Shown here: positions 1-8,693 of the stretch, in pieces
How positions within the stretch are numbered: position 1 is the stretch's first letter
Layout of the letters: each line of letters opens with the position of its first letter
Source: Octopus sinensis
Lineage: Eukaryota
Assembly: GCF_006345805.1 (NCBI RefSeq)
Contig: NW_021825592.1
Span: 1-15,641 of the forward strand
Direction of reading: 5' to 3'
DNA: 15,641 nt
Translations under genes and position numbers: made by a program
Notes under the pieces: generated by a model
Databases searched by the model: none
The model's input: only the letters and a program-made list of their open reading frames with translations
Told to the model about the DNA's origin: nothing

Positions 1-40
1 TTAGAATGATATTATCCTATAATTCAAAATGGGTGATTAC

Positions 41-81
41 AATCAAAATAAGCAATAAGGATATCCTTATTGCTTATTTTG

Positions 82-84
<3 letters not shown>
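41..84. repeat. Perfect 44-bp palindrome
   Basis: aatcaaaataagcaataagg-atat-ccttattgcttattttgatt; 41-60 is the exact reverse complement of 65-84 and the centre ATAT is self-complementary. Confidence 0.95.

Positions 85-162
<78 letters not shown>
84..162. repeat. (TA)n microsatellite
   Basis: Uninterrupted TA run. It lies where the central microsatellite of the adjacent SINE-A copy would be. Confidence 0.97.
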
Positions 163-164
<2 letters not shown>

Positions 165-179
165 AGGGATGGATGTATG

Positions 180-345
180 AGACGGGCCTCAACACACTTT
201 CCTTCAAACCGAATTCACTCGCTAGGTATTGATCGATCTGGGACTATGGCAAAATATGGTAGCTCAAGCTGATGTGCAGTGGGACTGAATCTGAAAACAC
301 GTGGTTGTAAAGCAAGCTCCATAACCACAAAGCTATGACTGCGCC
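180..345 (-). mobile_element. Degenerate SINE family A, 5' half (tRNA-like head)
   Basis: gcagtgggactgaa...gtggttg...aaccaca is the reverse complement of the family-A head seen at 9178-9335 and matches 15510-15641. Confidence 0.75.
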
Positions 346-399
346 TCTGTTTATTTATTTTTTTCGTTTTATTTATTTATTTATTATTTTTTTTGTTTT

Positions 400-940
400 A
401 GCCCGTGAACAGTCTTTCCTTGCCCTCGTTTCAGGAATCTATTCCGTACCCTCGTTTTTAGCTTCCTCTCTAGCCTTTTAACTATTTCTGGTGTATTTCA
501 TTCTCCTAGCAATTGTTTGTCACTTTAGCCCCTGTTATGTGTTAGCTGGGTTCTTTGAAGGCAGAAAACAATTTTTCGTTTGTTCCTATTTTGTAACAAT
601 TTGTATTCGTTTTTCCATTATTCTTTACTGTTTTTCAAGTCCAACAAGGTCTATTTTATAATAGCATTTTAGTATATAATCTCCTATTTTCCTTTGTTCT
701 TAGTAAACATAATATTTCTATGCTAGACTTTATGTGATGTGTTATATATATAGTAATTATTTTCCTTGTTTTTCTGTTTACTCTGGCTCTTTCATTTACC
801 GTCCAGTTGCTAGGGCAGCTGGAGTGCTGATTACGAGTGTTTCATTTTTTAATATTTAGCTCTCTTTAAAGTATTAAACAAACGCGTTTGTACTTCTTCC
901 GAGCATTTTCTTTCAATTGTGTATGTTGTACTATCTCACT
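400..940 (-). pseudogene. R4/Dong-like non-LTR retrotransposon ORF fragment (post-RT region), degenerate
   Basis: Manual minus-strand translation: QHTQLKENARKKYKRVCLIL*RELN...NWTVNERARVNRKTRKIITIYITHHIKSSIEILCLLRTKENRRL...GKTVHG. This matches the R4-clade pattern KEY.RRVR.IL..ELN / NWT..EL..LDRKTRK / HHPK...RLYLPR..GGRGL / K.LHG. Stops and frameshifts are present. Confidence 0.75.
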
Positions 941-944
941 ACTT

Positions 945-1594
945 ATCTTTTATCTTTTACTCATTTCAGTCTTTAGACTGAGGCCAAGCAGCAATACCGC
1001 CTTGATGGCTTTAGTCGAAACAAATTGATCTCAGTATATATTTTTAAGGGCGCTCCTTATTCCGTCGGTGTCTTTGGCGAACCGTGGTCTTGCAGAAATC
1101 AGCGCCGCTTTACAGTGTGGAGACAAAAACACAGACACAAACAGACATGTAAGCGAATGTGCCTGTATACATACACACCACACAACACACACACACACAC
1201 AAACACACACACCACACACCCACCACACACACACACCACACAACACATATATATATATATATATATATATACAATATATATATACATACATATATATATA
1301 TATACATATATATACATATATATATATACATATATATACATATATATACATAATATATACATACATATATATACATACAACATATTACAAATACATATAT
1401 ACATATATATAATATATCATATATATACATATAATATACATCTATATATATGCATATATATATAGTATGTATGTATATATATATATATATATGTATATAT
1501 ATGTATACTATATATGTATATGTATATATATATATGTACCTATATTATATATGTGTTTATATATATATATATACGTATATATATATATTTACAT

Positions 1595-1637
<43 letters not shown>

Positions 1638-1820
1638 TAGATAGATAGATAGATAGATAGATAGACAGATATACGTCGGGCTTCCACGCAGTTTCTGTCA
1701 ATCAAATTCACTTACAAGTTAGGTCCATGGCTATGGTAAGATAACACTCGTTCAAGGTAGCATACAGTAGGACTGAACCTGAAACCGTGCGGTTGCAAAT
1801 GGAACTTCTTAACCACACAG
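945..1820 (-). mobile_element. SINE family A, full length, with greatly expanded internal microsatellite
   Basis: Tail cttttatcttttactcatttcagtc at 948-971; head ...aggactgaacctgaaaccgtgcggttgc...cttcttaaccacacag at 1769-1820. Collinear with the reverse complement of 9178-9583. Confidence 0.8.
1165..1672. repeat. Compound microsatellite (CA)n/(TA)n/(TATACA)-like/(TAGA)n
   Basis: Direct inspection; (TAGA)n at ~1596-1670. Confidence 0.95.
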
Positions 1821-1822
1821 TC

Positions 1823-1877
1823 TATTAATTTCAAAATATTTGGTATCTGCGTTATTTGGAATTTATGATTCCCTTAT
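1823..1877 (-). pseudogene. Short piece of the same R4-like LINE (decayed YKYLG motif)
   Basis: Minus strand ...acc aaa tat ttt gaa att aat reads KYFEIN, where YKYLGI is expected between the 2110 and 940 fragments. Confidence 0.45.
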
Positions 1878-2109
1878 CTCCAAACTAATACAATTTTATT
1901 AAGAAGGAGTTGATTTGAAAATAGAAACCAATGTAGCAACAACATTAATAGAAGCAAATTTCGCGGGAAGAGAATATATAGTAAAGGACTCTGTACAGAT
2001 GAGGTTCTTCAAAATCCTGAAGAATCGTCTGAGGTCATAATGACTTAAGTAGATGAGCAGAGGTAAGGAATTTAAATAGCTGCAAGGTACCAGAAAACGA
2101 TAACTAAAA

Positions 2110-2490
2110 CTTATGGCGTTTCTTTATTTCGTATGATATTAATGATTTTAATTGATTTTCCTCCCTTTAAGATTTCATTGATGTATCTTTTTTAATCTGA
2201 ATCGTATAGCAATTCAATTAGAAAATCCATGTACTGTATGTAGATGTATTTCTAGTTGTTTATCATCTGCAGTTCACAAATTCTAGTCGTCCGCATACAA
2301 AAGATCGTTGATTGTTCTCACCTGGTTGTTCTCAGACCATTCCGGTCATAATCCCAAACAAAAAAGACGGGAAGAGTGGTACACCTCATGCTATATTCTT
2401 CGAAGAGAGACGAGTTAGTCTTTTTTATAATTCTTTGTTTTGTCTGTCTGCAGGAGTATATGTTTCATAACATAATTTTATGATGTATAT
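2110..2490 (-). pseudogene. R4/Dong-like LINE reverse transcriptase catalytic segment, degenerate
   Basis: Minus strand TINDLLYADD*NL*TADDKQLEIHLHTVHGFSN*IAIRFRLKK, with YADD at 2297-2286. Compare the canonical INHLLYMDDLKLY...V..FS.DI.M.FGL.KC. Confidence 0.8.
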
Positions 2491-2696
2491 GTGTAGTTCT
2501 CATCTGGATGGTCGTTGATACAAAGGGAGGTAAATATATCCTCACAACGTGATGCAGAATTAGAAATCAGAATTCGAAATCAAGGAGTTCGTGTGTGTGC
2601 GTGTGTGTGTGTGCGTGTGTCTGCGTGTGCGAGTGTATGTGTGTGGGCGTATGTGCGTGCGTGTATGCATATATGCATGTATGTATGTATATACAC

Positions 2697-2750
<54 letters not shown>

Positions 2751-2852
2751 ATATATATATATATATACATGTATATAAATATATACATATATGTATACAC
2801 ATACACACACACGCAAACACACACATACACACACACGCACACACACACACAT

Positions 2853-2891
<39 letters not shown>

Positions 2892-2897
2892 AAGATG

Positions 2898-3221
2898 GTG
2901 AAGGTGCATGACTCAGTGGTTAGAGCGTCGAGCTTACGATCGTGAGGTTGTGAGTTCGAATCCCGGATCGGGCTGCTTGTTGTGTTCTTGAGCAAGACAC
3001 TTTATTTCACGTTGCTCCAGTTCACTCAGCTGTAGAAATGAGTTGCGACGTCACTGGTGCCAAGCTGTATCGGCTGCTGCCTTTCCCTTAGATAACATCA
3101 GTGGCGTGGAGAGAGGAGGCTGGTATGCATGGGCGACTGCTGGTCTTCCATAAACAAACTTGCCAGGACTTTCTCGGTGCAATCCCATGGTCAGTCATAA
3201 CCGAAGGGGTCTCAGCACTAC
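2898..3221 (+). mobile_element. SINE family B (tRNA-derived head, CORE-like central segment), copy 1, with 9-bp TSD ATAAAGATG
   Basis: Pol III A box (tcagtggttagagc) and B box (gagttcgaatccc); cttgagcaagacacttta segment; ATAAAGATG at 2889-2897 and 3222-3230. Confidence 0.88.
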
Positions 3222-3371
3222 ATAAAGATGTGTGTGGCGTGTGTGTGTATGTGTGCGTGCGTATGTGCGTGCATGTGTGTATGTATATATGTATGTATGT
3301 ATGTATGCATGTATATATATATACATGTATATATATAATATATGCATACATACATGTGTATAAATGTATAT

Positions 3372-3429
<58 letters not shown>

Positions 3430-3561
3430 ATACATGTATATAAATATATACATATATGTATACACATACACACACACGCACAACACACACATAACACACC
3501 AACACGCACACAAACACACATACACACACACACACATATATTATATATATAGATAAAGATG

Positions 3562-3884
3562 GTGAAGGTGCATGACTCAGTGGTTAGAGCGTCGAGCTTA
3601 CGATCGTGAGGTTGGTGAGTTCCGAATCCCGGATCGGGCTGCTGTTGTGTCTTGAGCAGACACTTTATGTCACGTTGCTCCAGTTCACTCAGCTTGTAGA
3701 AATGAGTTGCGACGTCACTGGTGCCAAGCTGTAATCGGCTGCTGCCTTTCCCTTAGATAACATCAGGGCGTGGAGGAGGAGGCTGGTTATGCATGGGCGA
3801 CTGCTGGTCTTCCATAAAACAACTTGCCAGGACTTTCTCGGTGCAATCCCATGGTCAGTCATACCGAAGGGGTCTCAGCACTAC
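3562..3884 (+). mobile_element. SINE family B, copy 2 (tandem duplicate of copy 1)
   Basis: Near-identical to 2898-3221 except mostly single-base indels; same TSD at 3553-3561 and 3885-3893. Confidence 0.85.
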
Positions 3885-4060
3885 ATAAAGATGTGTGTGG
3901 CGTGTGGTGTATGTGTGCGTGCGTATGTGCGTGCATGTGTGTGTATATATGTATGTATGTATGTATGCATGTATTATAGTATACATGTAATATATATATA
4001 TGATACATACATGGTATAAATGTATTATATATATATAGTATATTATATATTATATTATTA

Positions 4061-4101
<41 letters not shown>

Positions 4102-4174
4102 TATATATATATAAAGATGTGTGTGTGTGTGTCTGTGTGTAATTTAAATTGTTCTTTTTTTATCTATACCAAAA

Positions 4175-4990
4175 TTCTTGCAAATATATCTGCTATCATA
4201 CTCATGGTTAGCGTTTCAGGATTTGCGTGTGGGAATTACTGTCAAAGCCTTTTCTGGTACTTAATCTATGCCATAATGCTCAGGTCTCTCGTTGTTTTCC
4301 TGTAGATTTTGGTAATGGCTTCGTCGATCATTAACTGGTCTTTGCAGCATCTCGTTTGCTCTTCTTCAAATAGGTTATTTTCCCATCTGTTTGTTCATCA
4401 TCTGCGATGTTATTGCATTTACAGCTTTTAAACTGCAGGAAAGCTGGTTATGGGTCGCTAGTTTTAAGGCTTCTACCGTTTCTTCACTCATTCGATTAAA
4501 GATTTTTTTTTCTGTCGGTAAATCAGCTTGATGCTGTCCCCGGTGTCTTCATTATCTTATTAAGCATCACAGCAAGCACCGTATGTGTCCTTGTAAAATA
4601 TTTTAGCCATACGTTTGAGATTTGATCCTTTTCTAATACCTTCCAGCTGTTTACATTCTGATGCATCGAGGCTATGTCTTGAGTGGCTATGACCTCCCAC
4701 GAGTGTTCAAGTCACGTGTTCGTTGCTTCGTTATTTTGAAATCTCTCGTCCATGAGAACTCTTTCACTATCCATTCTCCTCTCTAGAAATTTACTTCTTT
4801 TGAGGTTTATGCTACAATGATTTCCATTTTATTTTCAACCAGTTCTTAATAAAATCGTCTGGGTTTCGATCGAACTGTTCTGTTCAAAGATTACCTGTCG
4901 TTTTTTCACGGAGACGGAGCATTTACAATCGATCTAATACTTTTTGCTTTGAGCGTTCTTTGACGTTGTTCTCTCGTATTTCTGTAGTAT
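4175..4990 (-). pseudogene. R4/Dong-like LINE fragment: pre-RT and N-terminal RT domains, degenerate
   Basis: Minus strand: RRFY*EL; VNSWKVLEKDQISNVWLKYFTRTHTVLAVMLNKIMKTP; NNLFEEEQTRCCKDQLMIDEAITKIYRKTTRDLSIMA*IKYQK(fs)AFDS. Matches NWK.PG.D...N.WLK and EQ.GC...CKDQL.ID...NLS.AWIDY.KAFDS. Confidence 0.82.
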
Positions 4991-4992
4991 TG

Positions 4993-5128
4993 AGAAGGAG
5001 AAGAAGAAGAAGAAGAAGAAGAAGAAGAAGAAGAAGAAGAAGAAGAAGAAGAAGAAGAAGAAGAAGAAGAAGAAGAAGAAGAAGAAGAAGAAGAAGAAGA
5101 AGAACAGCAACAGCAGCAGCAGCAGCAA
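4993..5128 (+). repeat. (GAA)n followed by short (CAG/CAA)n
   Basis: Pure GAA run ~5000-5104, then cagcaacagcagcagcagcagcaa. Confidence 0.97.
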
Positions 5129-5237
5129 CAAAACAAACAACAACTGGGAAGAAACAAATGTTGCAAGGGATTCTCTCCGATGCTCTACCAACTCTATTAA
5201 TTCATCATCTAGCCACCCGGTCATTGTACCAGTAGTC

Positions 5238-5347
5238 GCAGACTTGGTTGAGAAGTTCGCTTTACAACCACGTGCTTTTGCATTTAGTCCTACCGCATGG
5301 CATCTTGGACAAGTGTCTTCTGTTATATTCCCTGAACGACCAATCCC
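5238..5347 (+). mobile_element. SINE family A head fragment, truncated and abutting the Helitron
   Basis: ggttgagaagttcgctttacaaccacgtg...gcatggcatcttggacaagtgtcttctg...cgaccaat aligns with 9190-9290. Confidence 0.7.
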
Positions 5348-7500
5348 GACGAAACTCCATTTCCACTGGCACTGACTTTCACCTGATAATGCAACTGATA
5401 AAGCATCTACGTACGCAGCTTCAAGTATGCCTTAGAAACAGAAGCTCCATCAAATTTTAATGTTGTCATTAATGCTCAGAAAAGACCATCTTGGGAACAT
5501 GCAGGCCGTTACAATGCACCCACATGCAATGAAATAGCTGGACTCCTTCACGGTGAACAGCACAATCCCAGAGACATTGTCCTTAGGCGACGTGACACCA
5601 CCCTCCAACGAATTAGTGAAACGCACCAATCCTACGATACGCTTCAATATCCACTTCTGATTGTTAACGGTGATGATGGCTACCACATCGGTATACCACA
5701 GCAAGATCCCCAAAATAGTAATGAACATCTCAACAAACTAATACCCTGCATGGACTTCTACTCATACCAATTTATGACTCGAAACAACTGCTGTAATCAC
5801 CGCCACCGGTCTCGAGAGCTGTTTCATCGATTTGCCGTTGATATGTGCGCAAAAATGGAATCAGAGAGATTGTGTTTTTCTCAGGTCACATAACAAAAAT
5901 TGCTCTCTAACAGCTACATCCATCTCCGAGATGTCATCAACAATGATGCTGCTCCAACAAGCATAGGAAGAGTTTGCATCTTGCCCTCCACGTTCACTGG
6001 AAGTCTCCGATACATGCATGCAAGAATATAAGATACAATGACCTTACGGCAGGCCTGACCTGTTCATAACTTTCACATACAATCCTAAGTGGAAGGAGAT
6101 TCTGGCCGAACTCTTCTTCGGTCAAAAGCCTAAAGACAGGCTTGACCTCCTCGCCCGAGTTTTCCATCTGAAGTTAATCACTCTCATGGAGCTCATAAAA
6201 ATAGGCAAGTCTTCGGACCCGTACAATGTGACATATACACAATCGAATGGCAAAAAAGGGACATTCCACATGCTCATATCCTGCTTTGGATCCCAACGAA
6301 AATCAAATCCACTGACATCGACAAGATAATCACTGCAGAGCTGCCTGATCCAGCTTTACACAAGGTACTATACGAAATAGTTAAGGCAAACATAGTGCAT
6401 GGTCCATGTGGGAGTAGATTCAACATAAAATCACCATGCTTGAGAGATAGTGTATATTCGAAAAGGTTTCCAAGGAGGTTCCTACAAGAAACTCAGACAA
6501 GTATCCATCATACAGACGGAGAAAACTAGAAGATGGCGGTTTCACAGCAACTATCGGACAGCACGATATTGATAATAGATGGATTGTAAGTATGTGAACA
6601 AGTGTTATGACGCCGTAATGTTTGGACTTCAACACGAATACTGCCAGGATAAGGTGATGCACTATCAGGTGGGACGGTACATAAGTAGCAACGAGGCTTT
6701 CTGGCACATCTTTGGCTTTCCACTTCACCAACGACACCCCGGTTTCCAACAGCCTGCATTGCACCTGGAAAACGGTGAAAGGGTATATTGCTAATGCTTC
6801 TCTGCTGGCAGAGGAATCAAGGGATAGCTCGCTCACTGCATTCTTCAAGCTTTGTCAAGTTGATCCATTCGCTCAAGCCTTGCTGTATCCACAGATTCCA
6901 TCGTACTACACTTGGAATGGAAGAAAATGGGCCTCAAGGAAAGCAGGTCATGGATACCCTGGCATTAAGTTTGACACTTGCCTTGGGCGAGTATACACAG
7001 TGCATCCCACTCAACAAGAGTGCTTCTACCTCCGTCTACTACTGCATGAGGTCAGATATCCAACGTGTTTCCAGGCCCTAAAAGCCGTTCATGGAATGTC
7101 TGTACAACACAAGAAGCCTGCTATCGACAAGGTCTGTTAGAAGAGGGTGCACAATGGCATGCAACTTTGGGAGAGGCTGCTTTATCAGAATCACATACAA
7201 GTCTCAGGGCACTATTTGCAGTTTTACTACAGACATGCGATATGTGTGATCCTGCCACTCTATGGCTCAAATACAGAGACAACCTGGCTGAAGACTTTCA
7301 GCGGCAAGCTCAACTGCTCTATACTGGCATGGAGGGTACCAGCAATGAAGTCTACAACAAAACTCTCATTGACAGTGAAAACAGAATAGCTGCACTGGGT
7401 GGAAATAAATTATCCACATATGGCTTGCCACACACATTCAGGTCAGGGTCAAATAGCCTTCCCACTGCTGTCATTCGTGAAACATCCTATGACGCTCTAT
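5348..7500 (+). pseudogene. Helitron Rep/Hel ORF remnant (Rep HUH-endonuclease region; PIF1 helicase absent), multiple frameshifts and stops
   Basis: Motifs in canonical order: HAGRYNAPTCNEIA; RISETHQSYDTLQYPLL; ILPSTFTGSLRYM; YGRPDLFITFTYNPKWKEI; YTIEWQKRDIPHAHILLW (HUH His codons at 6269 and 6275); HGPCG; DNRWIV; KYVNK; GRYISSNEAFW; LHLENG; LTAFF; LGRVYTVHP...FYLRLLL; EAC...GLLE. No GGTGKT Walker A follows. Confidence 0.93.
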
Positions 7501-7671
7501 TACACTATTTTTTTTTTGCTCGGGTCAAATATTGGATTTTAAAGATCTAACGATGGGAATTTTCCGAGTACTCTCCCCCCACCCCCGTTCACGAGCGCGC
7601 ATATTTTTTTCATATCCATTTAGAGCAAGTTGTTTTACACCTATTACACTATTTTTTTTTCTCAGGTCAAA
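7497..7671. repeat. ~31-bp direct repeat at 144-bp spacing at the Helitron fragment's 3' breakpoint
   Basis: ctattacacta(t)n gctcgggtcaaa at 7497-7529 and ctattacacta(t)n ctcaggtcaaa at 7641-7671. Confidence 0.8.
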
Positions 7672-7893
7672 CCCTTTAGTTTCACCGAAACTTGCTCAGT
7701 CTCCACTATGTAAGTTATGTAGGTACCAGCGATATACTTGGAGCATGGGCTTAATCAACTATATTAATCTCTTTTGGAATTTAGCATTGTGCCAAAACAA
7801 AATAAATCATTATTGTTGCTTTTTTTATTTCGTTGTTTTGTTTGCTTTTGGTAGACAAAGATTTGTGTTTAAATGTTATTTTTGTTAATGATA

Positions 7894-7946
7894 TGTGTGT
7901 ATGAGTGTGTGTATGTGTGTGTGTGTGTGTGCGTGTGTGTGTGTGT

Positions 7947-8010
<64 letters not shown>
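7894..8010. repeat. (TG)n microsatellite
   Basis: Direct inspection. Confidence 0.97.
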
Positions 8011-8016
<6 letters not shown>

Positions 8017-8448
8017 TTCTCGAGGGAAAAACCTACTGTAAATAAAAGATATATATTTTGTCTATTGTGTTTAAAATTGGCTGAAATTCAATGCAACGTG
8101 GTTTTGAAAAATTGCAGCAAACATCGGAAACAGCAACAACAATACTAATAACAATATGGACATCAGCAACTGTAATGATAATAATCATTCGGTCTTGGTG
8201 TATCAGGTGTTACAAGAAATGGTATGAAGAGAATACAAAGCTTTAACAAAACGAAACTTTCCTTCAAGACTAAAGCATGTAACATGGCGACCGAGAAGTA
8301 GTTCACTACTGTAAGCAGCAGATACAATGCGCAATTCATATAAGGATTTTGTTATGTAATATCGAAGCTCAAAAGCTTCGATGCATCACACATCCTGCAA
8401 GTAAGACTGCTTCGTTAAATGAGCATTGTACTGCAACAGAAACGCGGT

Positions 8449-8555
8449 GGAGACGCAATGGCCCAGTGGTTGGGGCAGCGGGCTTGCCGTCATAAGAACG
8501 CGGTTTCGATTGCCAGACCGGGTATTGTGAGGCTTTATTGAGCAAAAGCACCCAA
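8449..8555 (+). mobile_element. SINE family C, tRNA-like head only (truncated)
   Basis: A-box-like tggcccagtggttggggc and B-box-like ggtttcgattgcc; ends in an irregular GAA-rich tract. Confidence 0.65.
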
Positions 8556-8693
8556 GAAGGAGAAGAAGAAGACAGAAGAAGAAGACAGAAGCACGAAGAT
8601 ATCGTACATCCGATTTCCAGAGAGCTCAACTGTGTTGTTGGGGAGTTATTCGGTTGGAAAGCAAGTCCTGTCGCATTATTGACAAGATCATTA

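Larger units (their letters stand above)
2590..4140. repeat. Tandem array (~664-bp period) of compound (TG)n-(TA)n-(CA)n microsatellite plus SINE-B; third unit lacks the SINE
   Basis: aaagatggtgaaggtgcatg occurs at 2891 and 3555. The microsatellite blocks 2590-2890, 3229-3554 and 3892-4110 share the same sub-motifs. Confidence 0.9.

Noticed and set aside
878-891. 14-bp palindrome acaaacgcgtttgt
   Set aside because: Short, lies inside decayed LINE coding sequence, and has no supporting context.
2903-2975. tRNA-like sequence with A and B boxes (also 3567-3640 and 8449-8525)
   Set aside because: No proper acceptor stem or terminator, and it continues into a SINE body. These are SINE heads, not tRNA genes.
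6-4305. Numerous ORFs rich in YI/HT/CV dipeptides (also at 7873-8148, 8859-9470, 10557-12100, 15216-15557)
   Set aside because: They are translations of stop-free dinucleotide microsatellites and SINE sequence, open on both strands, with no protein signal.
4906-5235. Poly-Arg/Ser/Phe ORFs, and poly-Glu/Arg/Ser ORFs at 12235-12624
   Set aside because: Products of (GAA)n/(TTC)n tracts.
5450-6848. Minus-strand ORFs 5450-5728, 6420-6848 and 6526-6759
   Set aside because: Antisense shadows of the Helitron Rep coding remnant.
6579-7550. ORFs 6579-6794, 6712-7140 and 7065-7550 as separate genes or a domesticated Helitron gene
   Set aside because: They are consecutive frameshifted pieces of one decayed Rep ORF, with upstream stops and a deleted catalytic segment.
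8361-8382. 9-bp stem hairpin atcgaagct-caaa-agcttcgat as the Helitron 3' hairpin
   Set aside because: No CTRR terminus shortly downstream, and it is separated from the Helitron by unrelated repeats.
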